64,000 bases of DNA, taken from assembly GCA_965220125.1 (NCBI GenBank), contig CBDCPB010000004.1:1580775-1644774 (forward strand). The letters are read 5' to 3'. Positions within the stretch are counted from its first letter, which is position 1; every line of letters begins with the position of its first letter. The translations under genes and the position numbers were made by a program. Source of the stretch: Dehalococcoidia bacterium. GTDB lineage: Bacteria; Chloroflexota; Dehalococcoidia; UBA2979. Positions 1 to 9,819 of the stretch are shown one piece after another. The notes under the pieces are model-generated. The model worked only from the letters and a program-made list of their open reading frames with translations. It did no database searches and was not told where the DNA came from.

Positions 1-58
1 GGCCCGGCACCTCGCCACCGGACGGCTCCGAGAGCATCCAGTGATGGACGTGGCTCAT
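1..58 (-). CDS. 5' end of a small hypothetical protein (MSHVHHWMLSEPSGGEVPG...), runs off the window
   Basis: ATG at 58 on the minus strand preceded by a GAGGAG RBS; HxHHW motif; frame open to the window edge. Confidence 0.55.
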   Translation of the reverse strand, partial: MSHVHHWMLSEPSGGEVPG

Positions 59-352
59 GCCGGTCCCACTCCTCGCCTCTGATGTCATCCGCGCCCCCTC
101 GCACGATGCATCAGCCCGCCAATCGGCGGACCCTGGGACTCGAACGCCGGCAGCCCATGCCGCGAGGGCACCCAGCGCCTTCTCCCGCATAGTGCCACAC
201 CGTGTCCAGTCCGCGCAGCGCACCGCCACGATGCCGCCGCCACGCGAACGCCGTCTCTACCCAACCCGCAAGCAAGATCAGGTACCGGGAACGCGCCTCC
301 GGCGAGGCGCTCCAGCGGCGCTTCGCTACGTTGGCGACTCGGCGCGCGCTCA

Positions 353-1495
353 TCAAGGCGCAGCCGGGACGAGGCTGGAGGACTCGGCGATGCGCAGCAG
401 TTCTTCGAAGGACACGGAGTCCGTTTCGAGGAGGGCGACGATGTCGCCGTCGCGCCAGAGGAGGCTGAGGACGCCGTCTGCCGAGTGGCGGTAGGCGTCA
501 TCAAGGCTGGCGCCGACGGGTTGCCAGGAGCGCGCCGCCCGGGGGACACCGCCGGGACGGAGGCGCTGGCGGAGGAGGATGTAGCCGCCATCCGCGGATT
601 CGAACCGGGCGGAGACGGCTACCGGACCGCAGCCGCCGGTGGCGTCGCCCTCGTAGCTCACGCCGACGCGGTCAAAGCCGGGTGGCCGGTACGAGGGGCT
701 GAGGAAGCCGGGCTCGCCGAGGTATCCCGCTCCGCCGGGGGCAGGCGGGATGCCGCACGCGGGAGTCTTGAGCGGCAGGGTGACAACCTCGCGGGCGCCG
801 GGAGGCGGGTCGAAGGTGAATCGGCTGACGTCGATTTCGGTGTCGTAGTCGAGCGCCGTGACCTCGGAGCTGTAGGACTGGCCGACGCCTTCGCCATCTG
901 CGACCGAGCGCATGATGAACATACGCTCCGGGTCGACGAACGCGCGGACGACGCCGCCGGCGGAGGGGCGGACTTCGACGATCTGCGTGCGACGGCCGAG
1001 CAGCGTCGCCTCGCCGGCAAGGCCGACGTCGGGGTCGTCGCCGCGCTCGCGCCACTGTTCGATGAGCGCGTCGATGCTCTCGGCGTCGGCCGGGCCGACG
1101 CGCGCGCTGAAGGTCGGGAGGAGCCCCACCCAATCCGGGACTACGACGAGGGTGCGCCGCCGGTAGCTGTTCGAGCGATCGTCGTACTCCCAGGAGTCCA
1201 TCTCGTTGACGACCGTCAGGACCATGCCGTCGTCGATGATGGTGCCGACGGTTTCGATTTCCCAGCGCCAGCGAGCCGGGTCGCGCGCGTACCACCAGCG
1301 GATGGCGTGCCGGCGCTCAGCGGAACCAAGGCGAGCGACCGGGCTGTCGGGTGCGTGCTCGACCTCGACAGCGACTTCGGCGTAGAAGCCGAGGGCGGTC
1401 GGTGGCTTGTCCCCCGATGTGCAGGCGAGGGCGACGGTCGTCGCGAGCAGAAGAGGGAGCAGGATCGCGATCTGGCGCTGGGCCGCGATGAGCAT
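353..1495 (-). CDS. LolA/RseB-like fold lipoprotein
   Basis: Start reassigned to MLIAAQRQ; hydrophobic signal with lipobox VALAC; 'GEATLLGR...VDPE...SRFTFDPPPGA' LolA-like pattern. Confidence 0.65.
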   Translation of the reverse strand: MLIAAQRQIAILLPLLLATTVALACTSGDKPPTALGFYAEVAVEVEHAPDSPVARLGSAERRHAIRWWYARDPARWRWEIETVGTIIDDGMVLTVVNEMDSWEYDDRSNSYRRRTLVVVPDWVGLLPTFSARVGPADAESIDALIEQWRERGDDPDVGLAGEATLLGRRTQIVEVRPSAGGVVRAFVDPERMFIMRSVADGEGVGQSYSSEVTALDYDTEIDVSRFTFDPPPGAREVVTLPLKTPACGIPPAPGGAGYLGEPGFLSPSYRPPGFDRVGVSYEGDATGGCGPVAVSARFESADGGYILLRQRLRPGGVPRAARSWQPVGASLDDAYRHSADGVLSLLWRDGDIVALLETDSVSFEELLRIAESSSLVPAAP

Positions 1496-1533
1496 GATTG
1501 CCGGATGTCTGTACCGGGCGCGCGGGATGCTCG

Positions 1534-2595
1534 CTACTCTACGCCCGCGTCCGCCATCGCCGCCTTGACGCGATCGAGGATCGGCGTCGGCAGCGGGTCG
1601 ACGCCGTGCAGCAGCGCGACGTAGTAGGAGACCCAGTCGCCCAGCTGGCAGGCCTCGAGGACCGCGCCGAGCGGATCGTCCGCCTCGATCCCCACGATCT
1701 CGCAATCCACGCCCGCGGCGGCGAGCTCGGCGGCGGTCAGCTGCGCACGCAGGCGGTTGCGCGCGTCCACGGCGGCGCCATCGAGGAGCACGACGTGCAA
1801 CGCACGCGAGGCCTCCTGCCGCCGGTCGAGCGCAACGATGGTGTTGTGGTCGAACTCGGGGAGCGCGCCGGCGAAGGCCCACTGCTTCGCGTTCTCGGCC
1901 AGCTGCCCCGCCCAGCGGCGCGCAGCCACCGCGAGCACGTCGCCGCCGACGATGTACGGCAGCCGATCGCGCAGGCGCAGCGCGATCTGCTTCGCCGTGT
2001 TCGAGACGGTCGGCTGCTGCGGGCCCCACGCCTCGGCGCGGCGTTCGAGACCGCCCAGCGCGCGCTCGACGGCGTCGTCGTCGAGGTCCACCGCGCCGAG
2101 GCGTCGCAGCACCTCGAGCAGCGGGAGCACGCTGTAGCCGAACGCGGTGCGGGGCGGGCCCTCGAAGTCGTAGGCGATCAGCGGCACGTCGTGCGCCTCG
2201 GCGAGCGCGGCCAGCGAGCCGCCGGTCGTCAGCGCCAGCCGCATCCCGGGGCCGCCGAGTTGCGCCGAGAAGGCCGCGATCACCTCCTCGGTATTGCCGG
2301 AGAAGGAGCAGGCGATCAGCAGCGCGTCCTCGCCGACCAGGGGCGCGGCGTAGTCGCGCACGACCTCGACCGGCGTCGAGCCGAGCCGCCCGGCGACCGT
2401 CGCGGCGACATCGCCGCCGATCGCCGATCCGCCCATGCCGAGGACCACGACGCGCTCCGGGCGAGTGAAGCCCTCCGGCAGCGTCCAGCCGCGGCCCAGT
2501 TCACAGGCCGCCCGCGCCTGCCGCGGCAGATCGGCGATCAACCGCCAGAAGCCGCTCGCGTCGACGCGATCGCGCAGGGCGGGGTCGTCGAGCAT
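1534..2595 (-). CDS. Bifunctional phosphoglucose/phosphomannose isomerase (SIS domain)
   Basis: GMGGSAIGG, SFSGNTEE, ENAK, PEFDHN motifs; start at MLDDPA. Confidence 0.9.
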   Translation of the reverse strand: MLDDPALRDRVDASGFWRLIADLPRQARAACELGRGWTLPEGFTRPERVVVLGMGGSAIGGDVAATVAGRLGSTPVEVVRDYAAPLVGEDALLIACSFSGNTEEVIAAFSAQLGGPGMRLALTTGGSLAALAEAHDVPLIAYDFEGPPRTAFGYSVLPLLEVLRRLGAVDLDDDAVERALGGLERRAEAWGPQQPTVSNTAKQIALRLRDRLPYIVGGDVLAVAARRWAGQLAENAKQWAFAGALPEFDHNTIVALDRRQEASRALHVVLLDGAAVDARNRLRAQLTAAELAAAGVDCEIVGIEADDPLGAVLEACQLGDWVSYYVALLHGVDPLPTPILDRVKAAMADAGVE

Positions 2596-2768
2596 GCTCG
2601 CGCCTCTCTCGTCCTGCGCCGCGCCGCGACGCCCTATCCTGTCCGCATCGTGTGCACGACGGCATAGGGCGCTGTTCAGCACCTCGACGCCGGGCCACAG
2701 GGTAGCCACCGGCGGGCGCGAGCACGAATGCGGCGCCGTCAGGAACCATTCGCACAGATGGAGCAGAC

Positions 2769-3713
2769 GTGAGCACTGGACGGCCAGGGAGCGCGCTCGT
2801 CACCGGATCGTCGGGCTTCGTCGGCGGCCATCTCGTGCGCCGGCTGGCCGCCGACGGCTGGAGCGTCAGCGGCCTCTCGCTCGCGCCGCCCGCCGCAGCG
2901 GGCGAGCCATCGCCGGACGGCGTGAGCGAGCACCTCGCCGACATCCGCGACCTCGAGGCGACGCGCGCAATCGTCGCCGAGGCGCAGCCGGAGGTCGTCT
3001 TCCACCTCGCCGCGCAGGCCTCGGTGCCCGTCTCGATGCGCGACCCGGCGACGGACGTGCTGATCAACGTGCTGGGCAGCGTGCACGTCGCGCAGGCGGC
3101 GGCCGAGGCGGGCGCGCGGCGCATCGTCTTCTTCTCGACCGGCGGGGCGCTTCACGGCGCGCCGCGCTCGCTCTCCGCGAACGAGGACACGCCGATCGCG
3201 CCGGACGCCGTCTACGGCGCCTCGAAGATCGCCGCCGAGCACGAACTCGGGGCGCTCTGCCGCCACCTCGGCCTCGAGCTGTCCGTGCTGCGACCGGGGA
3301 ACATCTACGGGCCGGGGCAGGACGCGGCGGGCGAGTCCGGCGTGGTCGCGATCTTCACCTCGCGCATGCTCGCCGGCGAGCCGGTGACGATCTTCGGCGA
3401 CGGCAGCCAGCAGCGTGACTACGTCTACGTCGACGACGTCGTCGAGGCCGCCCTGCTCGCCGCCGAACGCGAGCCGGCCACCTGCGTCATCGGCACCGGC
3501 GAAGGCACGTCCACGCAGCGCATCTTCGACACGCTCGCGGCGCTCACGGGCTACGGGCAGCCTCCCGTCTACGCCGCGGAGCGCCCCGGCGACCACGCCG
3601 CGATCTACCTCGACCCCTCACGCGCCCGCCAGCTCTGGGGCTGGGCGCCGCGCACCGCCCTCGAGGAGGGGATGGCGCGCACGGTCGAGTGGTTCCGCGA
3701 GGCGTCCGGGTAG
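2769..3713 (+). CDS. NAD-dependent epimerase/dehydratase (UDP-glucose 4-epimerase-like)
   Basis: GSSGFVG, HLAAQ, YGASK, NIYGPGQ, RDYVYVDD. Confidence 0.9.
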   Translation: MSTGRPGSALVTGSSGFVGGHLVRRLAADGWSVSGLSLAPPAAAGEPSPDGVSEHLADIRDLEATRAIVAEAQPEVVFHLAAQASVPVSMRDPATDVLINVLGSVHVAQAAAEAGARRIVFFSTGGALHGAPRSLSANEDTPIAPDAVYGASKIAAEHELGALCRHLGLELSVLRPGNIYGPGQDAAGESGVVAIFTSRMLAGEPVTIFGDGSQQRDYVYVDDVVEAALLAAEREPATCVIGTGEGTSTQRIFDTLAALTGYGQPPVYAAERPGDHAAIYLDPSRARQLWGWAPRTALEEGMARTVEWFREASG

Positions 3714-3761
3714 ATGGCCATGCTCACCGTGGTGCGGACAAGCATCGGGTAGAGTCGCGAG

Positions 3762-4238
3762 ATGCCATCGCCGACGCCCGAGTCCGTCGTGACGTTGCGG
3801 GAGATCACCTCCGGGAACGTCAATGCGATCCTCGCGCTGTCGGTACGCGACTCGCAGAAGCACCTGGTGGCGTCGAACGAGCGCTCCCTCGCGCAGGCGC
3901 ACTTCGAGGAGGCGGCCTGGTTTCGGGCGGTGTACGCCGACGAGGAGCCGGTCGGGTTCGCCCTGCTGCATGACGAGAGCCTGCGCGCCGCGCCGCGCGA
4001 GCGCGGCTACCTCTTCCTGTGGCGGATGATGATCGACCAGCGGTTCCAGGGCATGGGCTTCGGCTGGAGCGCCATGCAGCTCCTCATCGCGCACGCGCGG
4101 ACGCACCCGGAGGCGACGCGGCTGCACACGAGCTGGGATCCCGGCGAGGGAACCGCCGAGGGCTTCTACCTGAAACTCGGGTTCACGGCCACAAGCGTTG
4201 ACGGTGAAGGCGAGATGCACGCGTACCTCGACCTCTGA
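3762..4238 (+). CDS. GNAT N-acetyltransferase (polyamine acetyltransferase-like)
   Basis: MIDQRFQGMGFG acetyl-CoA motif; FYLKLGF. Confidence 0.85.
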   Translation: MPSPTPESVVTLREITSGNVNAILALSVRDSQKHLVASNERSLAQAHFEEAAWFRAVYADEEPVGFALLHDESLRAAPRERGYLFLWRMMIDQRFQGMGFGWSAMQLLIAHARTHPEATRLHTSWDPGEGTAEGFYLKLGFTATSVDGEGEMHAYLDL

Positions 4239-4316
4239 GCGTGAGTGCTGGAGGCGCAGCCCCTGCAGCTCGCGGGTGACGGTTCCGGCGGCAGCGCTGA
4301 GCGGGCGGCGTCCTCG

Positions 4317-5213
4317 CTACTCGTACCAGCCGGAGCCGAACAGCAGGCCGCCGCCGCGGATCGCCCAGGTGTGCTTGGTCTGCTGCTCTCCCGTCGCCGG
4401 GTTGTGGAAGACGTACGTCAGCCAGCGGCCGGTCTCCGAGGTGCTGTTGAGGACATCACCGTAGTAGTAGCCGCTGTCATCGGTCCGCAGCTCACGATTC
4501 TGGATGTGCGTCCCGATCCGCTCCGGACGGGTCGGGTGCGCCACCATCATGCCGTCCTCGTCGAAGATGAAGACGTACCAGGAACCGTCGATGCTCTCCG
4601 GGGAGTTGTAGTAGTCGATCGTCGCCTGCGGCCCCTCCGCCTCAAGGCGGTCGAGCGCCTGCTGGATGACGTACTTCGTGTAGATGTCGGGCTGCACCCT
4701 GGAGGGCACATGGGCGCCCACGCCCGGCGTCACCTCGTACCAGCCGGAGCCGAACAGCAGGCCGTCGCGGCGGACTGCCCAGGAGTGCTTGGTCTCCTCC
4801 TGGTTGCTCTCGGGGTTGCGGTAGACGTAGCTCACCCAGCGCCCGGACTCGCTCGCGGCGACCAGCACCGGTCCGTAGGCGTAGCCGGTGCTGTCGACGC
4901 CCACCTCGCCGACCAGCGACTCCCCGAGGAGCTGCGGCGCCGCCGCGTGCGCGAGGAACAGGTCGTTCTCGTCGAGGATGAAGACGTACCACTGGCCGTC
5001 GATGCTTTCGGGGGAGTTGTAGTAGTCGAGCGTCGCCTGCAACCCGTCGTCCTCGTAGCGGTCGAGGGCCTCCTGGACGAAGTGCTTCGTATGGGCGTCG
5101 GGCTCGTCTTTCGAGGCTCCCCCGCCGCAGCCGATGGAGACGAGCAGGACGAGCAGCGCCGCGGCGATTGCGGCGCCCCGGAACAGCGAAGCCTTGCGCA
5201 ATGGACTGAGCAC
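4317..5213 (-). CDS. Lipoprotein with two tandem single-Cache domains
   Basis: Signal peptide and lipobox (VSIGC); two internal repeats 'YYNSPESIDG.WYVFI.DE...W..YV..NP...KH.WA.R..GLLFGSGWYE'. Confidence 0.8.
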   Translation of the reverse strand: MLSPLRKASLFRGAAIAAALLVLLVSIGCGGGASKDEPDAHTKHFVQEALDRYEDDGLQATLDYYNSPESIDGQWYVFILDENDLFLAHAAAPQLLGESLVGEVGVDSTGYAYGPVLVAASESGRWVSYVYRNPESNQEETKHSWAVRRDGLLFGSGWYEVTPGVGAHVPSRVQPDIYTKYVIQQALDRLEAEGPQATIDYYNSPESIDGSWYVFIFDEDGMMVAHPTRPERIGTHIQNRELRTDDSGYYYGDVLNSTSETGRWLTYVFHNPATGEQQTKHTWAIRGGGLLFGSGWYE

Positions 5214-5290
5214 GGGCCTGGCCCTTCCTCGCGCGTAACGGGAATGTTGCAGTTGCCGGATTCAGTTCCCCGGCGGGTTGCCAGATGCGA

Positions 5291-5312
5291 TCTTATCTCA
5301 GTCTTATCCCAG
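5291..5312 (-). promoter_or_regulatory. 11-bp tandem direct repeat, possible OmpR-type regulator site upstream of the Cache gene
   Basis: TCTTATCTCAG TCTTATCCCAG (one mismatch) in an AT-richer intergenic stretch. Confidence 0.4.
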
Positions 5313-5981
5313 TGTGATCTCACGTACATCCGCGGCTATGGCCAGTTCGACGCCGGTGATCGCTTGGATCTGCTCGACGGTCCAGCCCGGCGCGAACTCG
5401 AGCAGCGTGACGCGGCCGTCCGCGATCTCGAACAGCCCCACGTCCGTCACCACGCGATCGACGCAGCCGAGGGCGGTCAGCACCATGTCGCAGCGCTCGA
5501 CGATCTTCGGATCGCCGTTGGGGGCGGTGTGGTGCATCACCACCAGCACCTGCTTCGCGCAGGTCGCGAGGTCCTGGCCGCCGCCGAGGCCGGGCGCGGG
5601 CTTGCCGGGCACGAGCGCGTTCGCGAGGTTGCCCTGCGCGTCGACCTGCAGCGCGCCCAGCGCGGAGACGTCGATGTGGCCGCCGCGGATCATCGCGAAC
5701 GACTCGTCGTGGCTCATGTAGCAGATGCCCGGCGGGCGCGTGACCGGCTCGCCGCCCGCGTTCATGATCAGCAGGTCGACATCGGCGGGATCTTCGACGC
5801 GTGGACCGAAGCCGAGGACGCCCTGCTCCGAGTGCAGCAGCACCTCGCGGTCCGGCGGGATGCAGTCGGCGATCGCGAGCGGCAGGCCAAGCCCGAGGTT
5901 GACGACCGCGCCGTCCGGCAGATCGCGCGCCGCCAGCAGCGCCATCACGGACTCGTCGAGGCGCTCCGGGGTCTCGCTCAT
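5304..5981 (-). CDS. 3-oxoacid CoA-transferase subunit B
   Basis: VNLGLGLP, HSEQG catalytic Glu, IRGGHID, GGGQDLA. Confidence 0.9.
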   Translation of the reverse strand: MSETPERLDESVMALLAARDLPDGAVVNLGLGLPLAIADCIPPDREVLLHSEQGVLGFGPRVEDPADVDLLIMNAGGEPVTRPPGICYMSHDESFAMIRGGHIDVSALGALQVDAQGNLANALVPGKPAPGLGGGQDLATCAKQVLVVMHHTAPNGDPKIVERCDMVLTALGCVDRVVTDVGLFEIADGRVTLLEFAPGWTVEQIQAITGVELAIAADVREITLG

Positions 5982-6736
5982 GCGGGCGCCCTCCAGTCGT
6001 CGTGCGGCGTCGAGGGCCGCACCACCACGCGCTGCACGTAGACGCCGGGTGTGTGGATCTGGTCCGGGCCGAGGTCACCGAGCGGGACGACCTCGTCGAC
6101 CTCGGCGACGGTGACCTCGGCGGCGCCGGCCATGGTCTCGTTGAAGGTGCGCGGGCCGCGGTAGACGAGGTTGCCGAAGCGGTCGGCGCGGTGCGCGCGG
6201 ATCAGCGCGAAGTCCGCCCGCAGCGCCGTCTCGAGCAGATGCGGAACGCCGTCGAAGTCCCGCACCTCCTTGCCCTCGGCGACGAAGGTGCCCACGCCGA
6301 CGGGCGTGTAGAAGGCGGCGATGCCGGCGCGGGCGCAGCGGATGCGCTCCGCGATCGAGCCCTGGCCCAGCACTTCGACCTCGGCCTCCCCGCGCCACAG
6401 CACGTGCTCGAAGGGGTAGAGCAGCTCGCGCGAGTTGCCGTTGGGGAAGCTGGTGATCAGCTTGCGCAGCCGCCCCAGGCCCGCGATGAGACCGAGATCC
6501 CAGCCGTCGACCGGGAACGGGAGGCCGCGCCGTTCGGTGAGCGCGCGCAGCACCTCCTCACCGTAACCGGCGAAGGTGCTCACGCCGGTCAGTTCGTCCG
6601 CGCCCTGGCGGGCGAGCGCGGCGAAGAGGTAGTTGGGCGTGTTGTGCGGATTCGCGAAGCCACCGAAGTGGACCATCGCGCCGGGCGGCACGTCCGCCAC
6701 GGCCTCGTCGAACGATGCGACGACCTTGTTGATCAT
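5978..6736 (-). CDS. 3-oxoacid CoA-transferase subunit A
   Basis: Start MINKVV; QGSIAERIRC..AGIAAFYTPVG, ADRFGNL, IHTPGVYV; 4-nt overlap with subunit B. Confidence 0.9.
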   Translation of the reverse strand: MINKVVASFDEAVADVPPGAMVHFGGFANPHNTPNYLFAALARQGADELTGVSTFAGYGEEVLRALTERRGLPFPVDGWDLGLIAGLGRLRKLITSFPNGNSRELLYPFEHVLWRGEAEVEVLGQGSIAERIRCARAGIAAFYTPVGVGTFVAEGKEVRDFDGVPHLLETALRADFALIRAHRADRFGNLVYRGPRTFNETMAGAAEVTVAEVDEVVPLGDLGPDQIHTPGVYVQRVVVRPSTPHDDWRAPA

Positions 6737-6902
6737 CTCGCCTCCGCGCGCCGCCGCGGACCGCCCGCGCCCCTGCGAGGATGGTACGTCCGCGGCTGCA
6801 CTGACAACCCCGCTACGGCCGGCGCTGCGGGGCATTCGTACCAGCGGGCTGGATGTGCTAGATTTCCCCGCGCCGACACAAGAGACAACACAAAGGAACG
6901 CC

Positions 6903-7682
6903 ATGACCGATTACACCTTCGTGAAGACCGAGAAAGTCGGTCACATCTTCCGGATGATCCTCAACCGCCCCGAGCGCCTCAACGCGCAGGGCGCGCAGAT
7001 CAGCTGGGACCGCCGCCGTGCCTGGCACGAGGCGATGACCGACCCGGACGTGCGCGTCGTGGTGCTCTCCGGCGAGGGCCGCATCTTCTGCGCGGGCCGC
7101 GACATCCGCGAGCAGGCCGGCGGCGCCCCCGAGATCGTGGGCGCGGGCGAGCCGGTCGCCGACCTCGGCTTCTACAGCGTGCCGGAGACCGACATCCCGC
7201 TGATCACGGCGGTGCAGGGCGGGGCCTGGGGCCTCGGCTTCTACATGGTCTGCGCCTCGGACATTTGCGTCGCCGCCGAAGGCGCGCGCTTCGCGATGTC
7301 GGAGATCCCGACGGGCATCATCGGCCCGGCGCTGTTCCCGATCCTGAACAACCTGCCCTGGCTGCCGGGTTCGGAGATCGTGATTCGCGGTCACCAGTTC
7401 GACGCGCAGCGCGCGTACGAGCTCGGCCTCGCCAACCACGTCGTCCCGGCCGACCAGCTGGAGTCGACGGCGATGGACCTCGCCGAGGAGATCGCGGGCC
7501 TGCCGCCGGTGCACGTGCGCGTGACCAAGCAGCAGTTGATGATGGCGCGACCGCGCCCGAACACCTACCAGAGCGCGATCGGCTTCCCGCAGGCGATGGC
7601 CGGCCTCCGCCAGCTGGACGACACGATGGAGGCCGCGAAGGCCTTCGCCGAGAAGCGGACGCCCGTCTTCAAGGGCCGCTAG
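6903..7682 (+). CDS. Enoyl-CoA hydratase/isomerase family protein
   Basis: LNRPERLNA, FCAGRD, EAAKAFAEKRTPVF; AAGGA RBS before ATG 6903. Confidence 0.88.
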   Translation: MTDYTFVKTEKVGHIFRMILNRPERLNAQGAQISWDRRRAWHEAMTDPDVRVVVLSGEGRIFCAGRDIREQAGGAPEIVGAGEPVADLGFYSVPETDIPLITAVQGGAWGLGFYMVCASDICVAAEGARFAMSEIPTGIIGPALFPILNNLPWLPGSEIVIRGHQFDAQRAYELGLANHVVPADQLESTAMDLAEEIAGLPPVHVRVTKQQLMMARPRPNTYQSAIGFPQAMAGLRQLDDTMEAAKAFAEKRTPVFKGR

Positions 7683-7720
7683 CGCAGTACGCATTCGGGG
7701 CCTCTAGCGAAGGCCGCAAG

Positions 7721-7762
7721 CACAAGAAAACCGGCCACCATCAGGTGGCCGGTTTTCTTGTG
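7721..7762. terminator. Bidirectional intrinsic terminator
   Basis: Perfect 19-bp inverted repeat CACAAGAAAACCGGCCACC-ATCA-GGTGGCCGGTTTTCTTGTG between convergent genes. Confidence 0.85.
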
Positions 7763-7819
7763 TCGGAATGCAGCGCCGCCCGGGCCATACCCGGCTCCGG
7801 CGACGCTGGCTGATGTGGG

Positions 7820-8080
7820 CTAGCTGCCCACGCGCTTCCAGAGCAGCACGCGCTGGTTCTTGTCCTCCCACGTGGAGCGGACACGAATCCCGGTCTCCTT
7901 CGAGGCCTCGGCAAGCAGGCGCTTGATGCGGGAGGCCTTCTCGCCGCGCGACAGCTCGATCGTACCTGCGTTAGAACCCTGCAATGCCTCCGCGTACGTC
8001 TGACGCTCCTGCGCCGACGCACGCTCGCGTCCGATCAGCACCTCGGATGCTTCTTTGGGAGTGAAGATCGCCACGTTCAA
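7820..8080 (-). CDS. Small basic hypothetical protein (86 aa)
   Basis: TTG start with GAAAGG RBS; protein-like composition; terminator downstream. Confidence 0.7.
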   Translation of the reverse strand: MNVAIFTPKEASEVLIGRERASAQERQTYAEALQGSNAGTIELSRGEKASRIKRLLAEASKETGIRVRSTWEDKNQRVLLWKRVGS

Positions 8081-8274
8081 CTAGCCTTTCATCCGCAACT
8101 CATGCTCTGGACAAGCATACTCTAACCGCATCCAAAGAATCGATCCAGAGTGCCACGTTAGAGTCCTCCATCGCGAACTACGATATGCGTTGATATCGAG
8201 ACTGCGTTCCGGACCAGTGGATCGACGCCCCGGAGGCGCTGCACCGCCCGCGGGAAGCGGCTAGGATAGCTCCC

Positions 8275-9072
8275 ATGACAGTCGATGCCGGAGCACTGGC
8301 GCGAGCCACCGATCTGCTCGCAAGTTCCTCGTACGCTATCGCGCTCACCGGCGCAGGCGTTTCGCACGAGTCCGGCGTACCCACCTTCCGAGGCAAGAGC
8401 GGACTCTGGACCAAGATCGGCGAGCCCCGCAGCGACGGCTTCGAGCGCTTCCTCAGCGACCCGGAGGGGTGGTGGAAGGAACGGCTCTTCGGCGAGCGCG
8501 ATCCCGACATCCAGGACCTCATGGACAAGCTCCACGCCGCCAAACCGAACGCCGGCCACTACGCCATGGCCGAACTCGAGGCGCTCGGCGTGCTGCGCCA
8601 CGTCATCACCCAGAACGGCGACGACCTGCACCGCCAGGCAGGCACCACCTCCCTGACCGAGATCCACGGCAACATCTACTGGCTGCGCTGCCCCCACTGC
8701 GGCGGACGCTGGCACGAGGACGACCTCATCGTCGACCCGGAGGCGCTGCCGCCATGGTGCCCGGAGCCCGGCTGCCCGAGCCCCCTGAAGACGGACAGCG
8801 TCGGCTTCGGCGAGCCGGTCCCGAGGTCGCACCTGGAACGCTGCGAACGGGAGACCTCGAAGGCGGACGTCTTCCTGCTCGCCGGCACCTCGGCGGTCGT
8901 GTACCCCGTCGCCCACTACCCGCGACTCGCCGCGCAGCGCGGCGTCCCGCTGATCGAGATCGACCCGGAGCCGACGGCGCTGAGCGAACTCGCCACCGTG
9001 ATCCTGCGCGGGCCCTCCGGCGAGGTGCTGCCGCAGCTGGCCGAGGCCGTGCGCGAGCGCCGCGCCGCCTGA
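8275..9072 (+). CDS. cobB: NAD-dependent protein deacylase, Sir2 family
   Basis: TGAGVSHESGVPTFRG, ITQNGDDLH, EIHGN, CxxC zinc ribbon, GTSAVVYP. Confidence 0.9.
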   Translation: MTVDAGALARATDLLASSSYAIALTGAGVSHESGVPTFRGKSGLWTKIGEPRSDGFERFLSDPEGWWKERLFGERDPDIQDLMDKLHAAKPNAGHYAMAELEALGVLRHVITQNGDDLHRQAGTTSLTEIHGNIYWLRCPHCGGRWHEDDLIVDPEALPPWCPEPGCPSPLKTDSVGFGEPVPRSHLERCERETSKADVFLLAGTSAVVYPVAHYPRLAAQRGVPLIEIDPEPTALSELATVILRGPSGEVLPQLAEAVRERRAA

Positions 9073-9091
9073 CGCGGCCCGCACGCGGATC

Positions 9092-9808
9092 ATGACCGAC
9101 AACCCGCTGCGGCTCCTCGACGAGCAGAAGGCCTACTACCACGCCCGCGCCCCCGAGTACGACGAGTGGTGGCTGCGCAGCGGACGCCACGACCGCGGCC
9201 CCGAGTTCCGCCGCCGCTGGATCGCCGAGACCAACGAGGTGCGCGCCGCCCTCGCCGCCTTCGGCGCCTACGGCCGCATCCTCGAGATCGCCTGCGGCAC
9301 CGGCTGGTGGACGCAGCAGCTCGCCGAGGGCGCGAAGGAGGTGACGGCGCTCGACGCATCGAGCGAGATGCTCGAGCGCTGCCGCGCGCGCGTCGAGACC
9401 GCCGGGCTGGGCGCGGAGCGCGTGCGCTACCTCCTCGCCGACGTCTGGGAGTGGACGCCGGAGCGGCGCTACGACGAGGTCTGCTTCGGCTTCTGGCTCT
9501 CGCACGTCCCGGACGAGCGCTTCGATGCCTTCTGGGCGCTGGTCGACGCGGCGCTCGCGCCGGGCGGGCGCGTCTTCTTCGTCGACTCCGCCTCGCCGGG
9601 AGGGTCGAGCGGCGCCAGCGGGCAGGGCGACACGCAGGAGACGGAGCAGCGCGAACTCTCCGGCGGACGCCGCTTCGAGATCGTGAAGCGCTACTACGAG
9701 CCTCGGGAGTTGCGCGAGCGGCTCGCCGGGCTCGGCTGGGACTTCGAGGTGCGGACAACGGCGGAGTTCTTCCTCTACGCGCAGGGACGGCGCGCGGCGG
9801 AGGCGTGA
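9092..9808 (+). CDS. Class I SAM-dependent methyltransferase
   Basis: ILEIACGTG motif I; FWLSHVP; LAPGG. Confidence 0.88.
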   Translation: MTDNPLRLLDEQKAYYHARAPEYDEWWLRSGRHDRGPEFRRRWIAETNEVRAALAAFGAYGRILEIACGTGWWTQQLAEGAKEVTALDASSEMLERCRARVETAGLGAERVRYLLADVWEWTPERRYDEVCFGFWLSHVPDERFDAFWALVDAALAPGGRVFFVDSASPGGSSGASGQGDTQETEQRELSGGRRFEIVKRYYEPRELRERLAGLGWDFEVRTTAEFFLYAQGRRAAEA

Positions 9809-9819
9809 CCGCCAGGCCC

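Noticed and set aside
57-494. ORFs in the 60-350 intergenic region
   Set aside because: Arg/Ala/Pro-rich with no motif or RBS; likely the upstream region of the partial gene at 1-58
8275-9072. Defence-type SIR2 NADase (Thoeris/DSR)
   Set aside because: Has the zinc ribbon, size and motifs of a housekeeping CobB deacylase; no partner genes
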